Source: Bryobacterales bacterium
GTDB taxonomy: Bacteria > Acidobacteriota > Terriglobia > Bryobacterales > UBA6623
DNA: 64,000 nucleotides
Direction of reading: 5' to 3'
Assembly (NCBI GenBank): GCA_965226435.1
Contig: CBDDCY010000008.1
Location: 415,232-479,231, forward strand
Shown: piece after piece, positions 28,838-37,150 of the stretch
How the letters are laid out: each line of letters begins with the position of its first letter
How positions within the stretch are numbered: the stretch's first letter is position 1
Notes under the pieces: model-generated
Told to the model about the DNA's origin: nothing
The model's database searches: none
What the model saw: the letters and a program-made list of their open reading frames with translations, nothing else
Made by a program: the position numbers and the translations under genes

Positions 28838-29113
28838 TCAGGCCGTCTCGATGTGATCGATGACGCCGACAACAGCCGCGTCAATGGGGGAACCGGGACG
28901 GTCGACAGCCGACATGGCGGTCCAACCGTCGATCGCGAGCAAAACCTTATCGCCAACGCCGGCGTCGACCGAGTCGACGGCCAAGAAAGGGGCGGTATCC
29001 TCGATCAGCTCTCCACGCGGGTCGGTGGGCGCCACGATCAACAATTTGAGCCCTTCGTGGCTGGGATGCTTTTGGGTAGCGATGGTCTCGCCGACAACGC
29101 GCCCGATGATCAT
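28838..29113 (-). CDS. BMC-P (EutN/CcmL) shell pentamer
   Basis: MIIGRVVGETIATQKH..., AVDSVDAGVGDKVL, IDAAVVGVID. Confidence 0.93.
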   Translation of the reverse strand: MIIGRVVGETIATQKHPSHEGLKLLIVAPTDPRGELIEDTAPFLAVDSVDAGVGDKVLLAIDGWTAMSAVDRPGSPIDAAVVGVIDHIETA

Positions 29114-29406
29114 CGAGCGCCTTCATGCGGCGCGGCGGCGGCGCTTGCGTTGAGAGTGTCGACGATCCCGACGACCGAGGCGTCGGACCCGACAAGGTCG
29201 GGAAGGAAGGCCAGAGCGGCCTCGCGTCCGCGGCACCAATAGATGGTTTCTCCCGCGCCGGCGCCAATCGCGTCAAGGGCTACCAGGGCCTGGCCGGCAT
29301 CCTTGCCGTCGTCCGTAATTGGTTGAATTACCAACAGCTTACGGCCATTGAGGGATTCGTCTTTGACCGAGCACCACAGCTTGCCGACGACACGGCCCAG
29401 ACGCAC
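29110..29406 (-). CDS. BMC-P (EutN/CcmL) shell pentamer
   Basis: MRLGRVVGKLWCSVK..., ALDAIGAGAGE, DASVVGIVD. Confidence 0.93.
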   Translation of the reverse strand: MRLGRVVGKLWCSVKDESLNGRKLLVIQPITDDGKDAGQALVALDAIGAGAGETIYWCRGREAALAFLPDLVGSDASVVGIVDTLNASAAAAPHEGAR

Positions 29407-29408
29407 GG

Positions 29409-29696
29409 TCAGTCCCCACTCTCGTCGGATTCCTCGAGGTCGATCGCGTCGACAATGCCGACGATCGCGGTATCGACCGGGGTGTCTTTGCAGCCCGTCG
29501 CCATGCGGGCCGAGCTGCCCTGCACGGCGATCACCCGCTCGCCGACGCCGGCGCCGACCGTATCGACGGCTACCAGAAAGGCATCCCGCTTATCGCCCTT
29601 CGGCGACTCGATCTGCAAGACGAGCAGAGTCCGCCCCTCCAGGCGAGGGTCCTTCCGCGTAGCGACAACGGTACCTGCGACGTGCGCAAGGATCAT
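29409..29696 (-). CDS. BMC-P (EutN/CcmL) shell pentamer
   Basis: MILAHVAGTVVATRKD..., AVDTVGAGVGE, VDTAIVGIVD. Confidence 0.93.
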   Translation of the reverse strand: MILAHVAGTVVATRKDPRLEGRTLLVLQIESPKGDKRDAFLVAVDTVGAGVGERVIAVQGSSARMATGCKDTPVDTAIVGIVDAIDLEESDESGD

Positions 29697-29721
29697 GCGA
29701 GGCGTCCTTATTCAGCCGGAC

Positions 29722-30000
29722 TTACTTGGCGGAGATATTGAAAATATCGTCCAGGCTGGTGTGAGGTCGCGGAATTACGTGGACCGCCAGCAGCTCGCCG
29801 ACTCGACGAGCCGCGGCCGCGCCCGCGTCGGTGGCGGCCTTCACGGCGGCGACATCACCGCGACACATCACGGTGACATAACCCGACCCGATCTTTTCCC
29901 AGCCCACCAACGTTACGTTGGCGGCCTTGACCATGGCATCGCCCGCTTCGATCAGCGCGACCAAGCCTCGTGTTTCAATCATTCCCAGGGCTTCTCCCAT
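29722..30000 (-). CDS. BMC-H (EutM/PduA-like) shell hexamer
   Basis: [23 protein letters not shown] pore motif, [17 protein letters not shown]. Confidence 0.96.
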   Translation of the reverse strand: MGEALGMIETRGLVALIEAGDAMVKAANVTLVGWEKIGSGYVTVMCRGDVAAVKAATDAGAAAARRVGELLAVHVIPRPHTSLDDIFNISAK

Positions 30001-30025
30001 TTGAATTTCCTACCTCCTCGGGATT

Positions 30026-30817
30026 CTATTGCCTTGCCCGCACGGCATCCTCGACCAGTTGCATCAACTCGTCGCGCGTGACGGTAAAACGCTCTTCGCC
30101 GTCGGCTCCGCGGATGCCGCCCGCGACATCCTCGGCCGAAATCGGACAGCCGGGCTGCTGTACGGCATTTGACTGCACTCCATAACGGCCCCGCGCCTCG
30201 AAAAGCTTATCCACTTCGCCGCGCGGCAGCGAACGGGCGCCGCCCAGCATCTCGGCGACAAAATTGATGCGGGCGAAATGTTCCACGGTTTCCATGCGGA
30301 AATACGCTTGATGAACGTCTTTACCGTAGCTGACGGCCCCATGGTTGGCCAACAAGATGGCATCGTATTTGGGAATCAGCGGCAGCATCGGCTCGGTCAG
30401 CGCCGGTGTTCCCGGCAACCCGTAGTCGGCCAGCGGAACACACCCCAGCCCGATCACAACCTCGGGCAGCAGCGCCTTATTCAGCGAGAGCCCGGCGGCC
30501 GCGAAGCCCGTGGCCACCGGCGGATGGGCATGCACAACCGACAACGCATCGGGACGCAACTTGTAAATCGTCAGGTGCATCGCGATTTCCGACGTCCGCT
30601 CCAGACGCCCGGCGATCTTGTTGCCGTCATTGCCGACGATGATCAAATCGTCGGGCTTCATCATGCCCTTGCTCACACCGGTGGGCGTGGCGAGGATGCG
30701 CTCGTGGTCGAGGCGAACCGAGATGTTGCCGTCATTGGCGGCCACCCATCCCTTCTCGAAGACGAGCCTGCCGACGTCGACAATGTCTTGGCGATACTCC
30801 CGTTCTGTCTTGACCAT
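30026..30817 (-). CDS. Class II aldolase (fuculose-1-phosphate aldolase-like) with putative C-terminal encapsulation peptide
   Basis: NDGNIS, TPTGVSKG, TSEIAMH, VHAHP, ANHG; a linker then VTRDELMQLVEDAVRARQ. Confidence 0.92.
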   Translation of the reverse strand: MVKTEREYRQDIVDVGRLVFEKGWVAANDGNISVRLDHERILATPTGVSKGMMKPDDLIIVGNDGNKIAGRLERTSEIAMHLTIYKLRPDALSVVHAHPPVATGFAAAGLSLNKALLPEVVIGLGCVPLADYGLPGTPALTEPMLPLIPKYDAILLANHGAVSYGKDVHQAYFRMETVEHFARINFVAEMLGGARSLPRGEVDKLFEARGRYGVQSNAVQQPGCPISAEDVAGGIRGADGEERFTVTRDELMQLVEDAVRARQ

Positions 30818-31268
30818 GCGAACTTCGTATCGTAGCGTGGGCCGCGAGACAATGTAAAGCAGAAGGGCTTTTCCGGGCTCTCGGCGGCGGCGCATGCCCC
30901 GCGCCTTCCAGGTCCCGTCAAGGTGTCAGGCCGGTGAGTGAGTCGTTCGGGTGTTTTTCCTTTCTCGGGTCGCGCTCGCGGCTTTGCGAGTTCCCGGGGG
31001 CGGTCTTCGCTTAGGTTTCGCTCGATTTGGTGACTATTAGGCGGGCCACGATTGCCTCGCACCGCGTTGTTATATAAGACGTTAGGTTGGGTTTGGGTTC
31101 GTTTTGTATTTTTCGGTTTGGGGGCCGCCTCTTTCACCAGCTTGCGGGGTCTTAGGCTGCTCGCCGGGCAGGCCTCCAGGCCTGCCCTGTGGGTGCCCAA
31201 GCCCCAAAGCGCTCTCACGGCGCGCTCGCGGCCACACCCCGAGGCGGGGCGCTCGATGCTGACACTTG

Positions 31269-31562
31269 TTATTCAGCTTCGCTGTTGGCGGGACCGGCTT
31301 CGTCGGCTGGAAGATCCTCGCCGTCGGCTTCCCTCTCCTTATCGCGCGCGGCGCCTTTGGTGACGACGATGACCCGCTTCTTTCGTTGCGGCGCCCTTTT
31401 TTCGACGCGGTCGAGTCGTTGCTGTAAAGTTTCGCTTCGTTTTGCCATTTCTTGTCTAACTTCCTTTGGAGCAATCTCATCGAGTGAAACGCGGACGCCG
31501 AGATCGCTGTCGCTCGTCCGCTGTCGCCGTGGAACGCTCCGGTTACCAGAATAAGGTCCCAA
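31269..31562 (-). CDS. Small charged hypothetical protein
   Basis: Open frame downstream of and co-oriented with DUF3037; TTG start, no recognisable motif. Confidence 0.35.
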   Translation of the reverse strand: MGPYSGNRSVPRRQRTSDSDLGVRVSLDEIAPKEVRQEMAKRSETLQQRLDRVEKRAPQRKKRVIVVTKGAARDKEREADGEDLPADEAGPANSEAE

Positions 31563-31740
31563 TGCAAGGCCGTCCCCGGGCTATTTCACTAAACCGTTGA
31601 TTCTGTTCGCGAATTAAATCTTGAACTAACGTGACGGATCGGAGAATATCCGAGGTTGCGGAGATATCGCCGCAGGCCGCCAACGGGTTTCGCGGCCGGG
31701 ATGGGGCGGCGCCGCGGCGAGCCGCCGAGACGCCCGCGCA

Positions 31741-32523
31741 TCAAATCCGCAATTCGCGCCGAATCGAGTAGGCCATCGGGTCGAGCTTGGAAACCACGCA
31801 GGTCGCCACCGACGACGATGCCAACAGCTCCCGCGTATCGTCGGGGAAGGCGTCGTCGACGACCGCGGTCAGCTCGGGAGGGTCGGCGGTCGCCGCCCGC
31901 ATTTTGTCGAACGCGAAACACAGTTTCGAGGCGTCGGAGACGTCGTTGCGCAGCGCCAGGGCGTGGACGTATTTGACCACGCCGTTGGGCTGGTAGCCGT
32001 AGTCGAAGGTGAAACGCATGCGCGGCCCGCCATACGACACGCTGACTTGCCTGTGCATGCGATCATCCCCCAACAAGGCATGCCGCCGGAAACTCTCCTC
32101 CATGTGACGCCGCAGGGCTTGGCGCGTACCCGGCCGCGGCTCGCGCTGTTCGCCTTCGATCTCCTCTCGCCGCGGGGTCGTCAGGTAGGTGTTGGTGAGA
32201 CGTTCCACCTCGACGGAGACTTCCGAGCCGTCGAACGCCCGCCGGTCGCTCAGCTGCAACGTGTTCGACAGATCAGCCCGCAGCCCCTCGACGTAGGGAG
32301 CGAAGGCTTCGCCCAGCAGCAGCTTCTCTTCAAACTCCCGCCGAAGGCACTCCAGATAGTGGTGGTCGACGGACGGATTGCAGCGCAGACGCCGAAAGTC
32401 GGGCGTGAAACGCGCCCCGATCAGCCGCTCGTCGCGGTCGAACAACAGCAGCCCGATGTTCACGAACTCGCCCGAGACAATGTTGGGAACATAGCGCAAC
32501 AACTGAAAGCTGTATTGGTTCAT
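31741..32523 (-). CDS. DUF3037-domain protein
   Basis: YSFQLLRYVPNIVSGEFVNIGLLL N-terminus; partner of a HipA-like kinase. Confidence 0.85.
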   Translation of the reverse strand: MNQYSFQLLRYVPNIVSGEFVNIGLLLFDRDERLIGARFTPDFRRLRCNPSVDHHYLECLRREFEEKLLLGEAFAPYVEGLRADLSNTLQLSDRRAFDGSEVSVEVERLTNTYLTTPRREEIEGEQREPRPGTRQALRRHMEESFRRHALLGDDRMHRQVSVSYGGPRMRFTFDYGYQPNGVVKYVHALALRNDVSDASKLCFAFDKMRAATADPPELTAVVDDAFPDDTRELLASSSVATCVVSKLDPMAYSIRRELRI

Positions 32524-32548
32524 CGGTTACTCCTTCGTTACCTCTCCG

Positions 32549-33442
32549 CTAGAACCCTCCGGCCGCCCCGATCGCCCGCGCCGAAGTTGCCGTCCGCCAG
32601 TTGGGAAACGGGTCGCGAGCCGCCTTTTTCGCTCCCCGTACCAGGTCGGGAACGAGAGCGCGGCGTTGATAGAGGCGCTCGAGCAGACTCTCGAGTCGAT
32701 CCCACGAGCGGTCATACCATTGCGGCGGCGTGGTGCGGTAGGCTTCGTCCAAGATCGACGTCGGACACGACACAATGCGATCTAGCCAGGGTTCGAAACT
32801 TTCGAATCCCGTGACGTCCCCATAGACATCCCAGCGGTTGTAAAGTCCCAACTCAGCCGTATCGGAAAAATCCCAGTTTTGGGCGTTGAAAGCGAAGCCG
32901 TGGTCGATCATGTTCGCGACGTACACCAGCGAGCGGGGTGAAATCGCCGACTCCGGGGCCGGGCGGCCCGCCCGCAACCAATTCTTCGCGCGGTCACGGA
33001 AAAAGATCACTTGCCGGCCGTCGGCGTTGCTGACCCATTTGTCGAACGCCACCATCCCCCGAAAAGTATCGACATTCAACACCAGCCGCAGCAGGGATAG
33101 CGGCAAGTAGTCATACACGGCGCGCCGAGCGGGATCACCGGGGTAGCACGACCCGAAGTGGAGCCCGCTCTCGCAACGCAGCACGCGGCGCCCGGCTTCC
33201 ATCGTCAACTCGGGCGTTTCCTCCACCAGCCCTGGCGGCACATCGACGATTTGCCAGGCGGGAACCGGAAGCTGGAGATATTTCAGCAAGACGCAGCACA
33301 GCAACTCATTCACCAGAATGTGCTGGTGCTGCGGGTTATTGCGGAATTTGACGACGTAATAGCGATCGTCGTCAGCCAGTAATAAGTGGGCGTTCGCCCC
33401 GCCCCTCATCCGCTTGATATGTTGACGGGCAACAACCGCCAT
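32549..33442 (-). CDS. HipA-like (HipA_2-type) kinase
   Basis: RMRGGANAH, YVVKF, LVNEL, FDKWVSNADGRQ, MIDHGFAF. Confidence 0.85.
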   Translation of the reverse strand: MAVVARQHIKRMRGGANAHLLLADDDRYYVVKFRNNPQHQHILVNELLCCVLLKYLQLPVPAWQIVDVPPGLVEETPELTMEAGRRVLRCESGLHFGSCYPGDPARRAVYDYLPLSLLRLVLNVDTFRGMVAFDKWVSNADGRQVIFFRDRAKNWLRAGRPAPESAISPRSLVYVANMIDHGFAFNAQNWDFSDTAELGLYNRWDVYGDVTGFESFEPWLDRIVSCPTSILDEAYRTTPPQWYDRSWDRLESLLERLYQRRALVPDLVRGAKKAARDPFPNWRTATSARAIGAAGGF

Positions 33443-33509
33443 GCGGGCCGGATCGGATGGGTTTCGATCTGTTGGTCCATCTTAGCGCACCCGCCCTATA
33501 CTTGGAACC

Positions 33510-33947
33510 ATGCGGAGAATCGAAACGCGCGTAAGGGTGCGCTACGCCGAGACCGATCAGATGGGGATTGTCTACTACGCCAACTATTTGGTCTGGATGG
33601 AGGTCGGCCGGGTCGCCTATTGCAGCCAATCGGGTTTCGAATATCGCGACATGGAGCGCGACGGCGTGATGCTGACCGTCACCGAAGCGCATTGCCGGTA
33701 CCGGGCGGCGGCGCGTTTCGACGACGAGGTAAGGGTTCTGACCTGGGTCACTGAGTCTCGCTCGCGCACGGTGCGCTTTGCTTACGAGATGCTGCGCGGC
33801 GAGGACGATCAGCTTCTGGCAACCGGCGAAACCCTGCACCTGGTCTGCGACCTGGAAGGCAAACCCGTGCGGCTGCCGGAGCAATACCGGCCGTTCTTTC
33901 CGGCGGCCCCCATGGCCGGATTATCATCAAGAAACGAAAGTCCATGA
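33510..33947 (+). CDS. Acyl-CoA thioesterase (YbgC/FadM hotdog family)
   Basis: RVRYAETDQMGIVYYANYLVWMEVGR. Confidence 0.92.
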   Translation: MRRIETRVRVRYAETDQMGIVYYANYLVWMEVGRVAYCSQSGFEYRDMERDGVMLTVTEAHCRYRAAARFDDEVRVLTWVTESRSRTVRFAYEMLRGEDDQLLATGETLHLVCDLEGKPVRLPEQYRPFFPAAPMAGLSSRNESP

Positions 33948-34429
33948 ACGACGAGGCGAAAAACGACGGCGAAATCGTTCCGCCCGCCGCCGACGCTAGT
34001 CGAGCGCCTGACGGCGGCGGGGAGGACTTCGAATTTCCCGCCGATATACCACAAGAGCTTCGGGACCAGATCCTCGCGCCTCCCGAACCGGAGGCGCCGG
34101 CCTCGGACGGCATGTCCACACTGGTGCTGGTCACCGCCGGGGTCACCGTCTTTGACGGCGTTCTCCTGCTCACCTTTATCATTCTGTGGTTGACGAACCT
34201 GGACCTTCTGCTGGCCCTGTTAGCGGGGCGGGCGGGGTTCACGTTGCTGCTGGCCGCCGTGCCGTTGGGTCTGGGGGCGACGGTCACCAAGAGAAAGGAC
34301 CGGCAGCAGGGCGAATATCCCGGGGCCGTATGGGGCCGTGCCGGGATGATCGTCGGTGCTCTGCTGGCCGTGATGTCGCTGGCGGTCCCCGTGATGGCGA
34401 CGATGCGCGTGATGTTGACGCCGTCGTAA
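33944..34429 (+). CDS. Hypothetical membrane protein (3 TM)
   Basis: ATGA overlap with the thioesterase stop; acidic N-terminus then hydrophobic helices. Confidence 0.6.
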   Translation: MNDEAKNDGEIVPPAADASRAPDGGGEDFEFPADIPQELRDQILAPPEPEAPASDGMSTLVLVTAGVTVFDGVLLLTFIILWLTNLDLLLALLAGRAGFTLLLAAVPLGLGATVTKRKDRQQGEYPGAVWGRAGMIVGALLAVMSLAVPVMATMRVMLTPS

Positions 34430-34445
34430 GCGTCGTTGGAGGGGA

Positions 34446-34985
34446 TTACCGCCCCGATTCCGCCTGGGCGACCGCCGCGATTGGGGCCGGGTTCGGTTTC
34501 GCGGGATTTGGTTTGTAAAGCGTCACCAAACATCCCCCCACCGCCGCAAGCAGTATTCCGGCCACGAATTGCCAGCGAATCCCCGCCCAGCCTCCCGCCG
34601 GCGGATGCATCGTGATCGCGACGACGGCGTTGACGATCGGTGCTCCGGCGAAAATAATCGACATCACTACCGCCGGCGTTCCCTTCGCACCGAAGGCCAA
34701 CAGCACGCAAAAGGCGCCGATGGCGCCGAAGATCCCCGCGATCAATGACAGCGACGCGCCTTTGACCGGGAAGTTCCAGTCCGCGCCGTTCATCAGCAGC
34801 ACGACCAGCGGCGCCAATACGGCAGTCAGAAAGTAGGCGATCCCGACAAAGAGAAAGGCTTTGTAGCGGCCGTTGACCGGATCCCCCATGCCCATCTGTC
34901 CGCTGTGCAGGAAAATCCCGTAGACACCCCACGCTCCCACGGTGATCAGGGCGTAAATCAGCCACGCCATCCCGGTTTGGTTCAT
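34446..34985 (-). CDS. Small EamA/DMT-like membrane protein
   Basis: About five TM helices, WGVYG, GAIGAFCVLLAFGAKG, APIVNA. Confidence 0.65.
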   Translation of the reverse strand: MNQTGMAWLIYALITVGAWGVYGIFLHSGQMGMGDPVNGRYKAFLFVGIAYFLTAVLAPLVVLLMNGADWNFPVKGASLSLIAGIFGAIGAFCVLLAFGAKGTPAVVMSIIFAGAPIVNAVVAITMHPPAGGWAGIRWQFVAGILLAAVGGCLVTLYKPNPAKPNPAPIAAVAQAESGR

Positions 34986-35455
34986 CTCATCACTCCGTTC
35001 TCACTCACGATACGATTGCGGACCGGCGCGCCGGCCGCGAAGTCCGCAGCATAGCCGTTCCGAATCAAAGGCCGCAAGGGTAATGAGGGGGTAAACGGCG
35101 GGCGCACTCTTGGGGAGTTGGGGTGAATGCGCCCGCCTCTACGGGGATTACAGGTGATAGGGCGCAACCTAACCCTACGCGGGTTACATTTGGCTCGAAC
35201 TTTTTTTTCAACACGCGGTCGTCTCCGCTCCGTCCGACTCCGCCGGCGACCCCGCGCACCAATTCGCCCCGCCCACCATCTCGGCCGGCCCGAGAACCCC
35301 GGCAATCTACGCGCCGTGAAAAAATGGGGACTGTACCAAGCGCCAGCCGAATAAGTCCCATTGAATCAGTAACCGCATCCGGCGCGAAGTGGACTGTGCC
35401 CGATCTTTTCACACTCCCCTACGCGCCGATCGAGTATCTGTCCTCAAAAGAGGGG

Positions 35456-35509
35456 TTGACCGTCAGACCCAAAATCCATACACTATACATAGGCGAACAA
35501 AACAGGAAC
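35456..35509 (+). promoter_or_regulatory. sigma70 promoter plus GAAC-N7-GAAC LexA-type box upstream of DUF72
   Basis: TTGACC (35456-61), 17 bp spacer, TACACT (35479-84); GAAC-AAAACAG-GAAC at 35495-35509. Confidence 0.7.
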
Positions 35510-35512
35510 ACT

Positions 35513-36484
35513 ATGGGAACTTTCAGGGAATCTCCAAGCTGTCAAGTCAAAGTCGGCCCGGCCGGCTGGTCCCACCAGGACTGGAACGGGGTCGTGTATC
35601 CGACGCCCCGGCCGCGAGGGTTCCACGAACTGTCCTATTTGGCTCGCTACTTCCCTCTGATCGAGATCAATACCTCTTTCTACCGGCCTGTCAGGCCCGA
35701 GCTGTCCCGTTTGTGGGTGAAGAAGGTCGAGGATATTCCTCGATTTCAGTTCACCGCCAAGATGTACCACGTCTTCACCCACGAGCGGATTCTCAACCGC
35801 GACGATGTAGCGGCCTTCCAAGCCGGCTTGGCGCCGTTGCTGGAGGCCGGGCGGCTGGGGGCGGTGTTGATGCAGTTCCCTGTCGGTTTCCGGGCGACTC
35901 GCGAAAACCGGCAATACCTCGAGCGGCTGCGAAGGGCGTTTCAGGACCTGCCATTGGTCGCGGAGTTGCCGCACACCGACTGGCATGACCCCGCCGCACT
36001 GCGCGGACTGGCCGACCACCAGATCGGATTCGCCAACATGGATCAGCCGCGGCTGCCTCACGCCATGCCTCCGACGGCGCACGTTACTTCTCCGATCGGC
36101 TATGTGCGGCTTCACGGGCGCAACTATGAGGAATGGTTCCCGTTCGGAGATACGTCCGATTCGCCGCACGGATTCATGCCGCCTCGATCCCGCCACAACT
36201 ATCTCTATTCCGCGGCGCAACTGGAGACCTGGCGGCCTCGGATCGAAGCCGTGTCTCGCTACGCGGCGACCACCTTCGTCGTGACCACCAATTCATTTCG
36301 CGGCCAGGCCGCCGTCAATGCCTTGCAGCTGATGAACATGACTTCGAACGAGCGCGTGAATGTTCCCCCCAGGCTTCTCGACCGATACCCGGAGTTGGCG
36401 CCGATCACCGACAACCTGCCGCGGCAAAGGTCGCTTTTCGTCTTGCCGCGCGCCGATTCGCCGCGACACCAGCTGGCGAGCTGA
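35513..36484 (+). CDS. DUF72 (YecE-like) protein
   Basis: VGPAGWS, IEINTSFYR, FTAKMY, LMQFP, YVRLHGRN, YLYS; start at ATG 35513. Confidence 0.9.
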   Translation: MGTFRESPSCQVKVGPAGWSHQDWNGVVYPTPRPRGFHELSYLARYFPLIEINTSFYRPVRPELSRLWVKKVEDIPRFQFTAKMYHVFTHERILNRDDVAAFQAGLAPLLEAGRLGAVLMQFPVGFRATRENRQYLERLRRAFQDLPLVAELPHTDWHDPAALRGLADHQIGFANMDQPRLPHAMPPTAHVTSPIGYVRLHGRNYEEWFPFGDTSDSPHGFMPPRSRHNYLYSAAQLETWRPRIEAVSRYAATTFVVTTNSFRGQAAVNALQLMNMTSNERVNVPPRLLDRYPELAPITDNLPRQRSLFVLPRADSPRHQLAS

Positions 36485-36554
36485 TTTCCCTGAAACGACG
36501 GCAAGCAAGCGCAACGACGTAATGGCGGGCCTATTGCGGAGGAAACCACTGCCA

Positions 36555-36583
36555 ACCCGAGCCGCATCGCCACGCGATGCGGT
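36555..36583 (+). repeat. ACCCGAG-footed hairpin (REP-like, possibly a terminator)
   Basis: ACCCGAG CCGCATCGC-CAC-GCGATGCGG T between convergent genes. Confidence 0.55.
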
Positions 36584-36636
36584 CACTCAAGAATCGCGCT
36601 TTGCCGCCAAACAAACTTTTTCATGCGGTCGTGGCA

Positions 36637-36906
36637 CTAGTTTTCAGAACACTCGACACTGTCGGGCGGCGTATTGCTGCACTGAATGCTTTCGGTCATC
36701 CCGGAGGAAATCGGGGCGCAGGCAACATCGGTGGCCGTGCGGGTGGCCTCCGCCGACGTGGGGGCGCGGGCTATGCTGCATCTGGTTTGGCCTTCAAACG
36801 TCATGCACACCTCGCAAGAGTATTGCTGCAGCCCCATCGTGGAATAGATCAACAGGCCCAGCACGGCCAGGCCGAATAGGATCGAGATCAAGGTAGTTTT
36901 CGACAT
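36637..36906 (-). CDS. Small membrane-anchored protein with six cysteines
   Basis: N-terminal hydrophobic helix; CEVC...C...C...C...C; TATAAT 14 nt upstream. Confidence 0.7.
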   Translation of the reverse strand: MSKTTLISILFGLAVLGLLIYSTMGLQQYSCEVCMTFEGQTRCSIARAPTSAEATRTATDVACAPISSGMTESIQCSNTPPDSVECSEN

Positions 36907-37150
36907 CCCGTAGTCACGACATTATACTGACCGCGTTCGACAATCGCATTCGACGAGCGGCCGCAACGACCTCGCGAGACCACGAAGAATATGGCCGCGC
37001 CGTCTCGGGCGGCCACCCCGGAACTTGACTCAGGCCCATGGCGCGGCCCCGGCTGCCCACCGGTTTTCGCCCTCTCCCGTTGGCTGCGTTGTCGACTCCG
37101 GGCGCGCGCCGCTTGCCGGGCCTTGCTAAACTTGAAGTTTCAGGAGGGAG

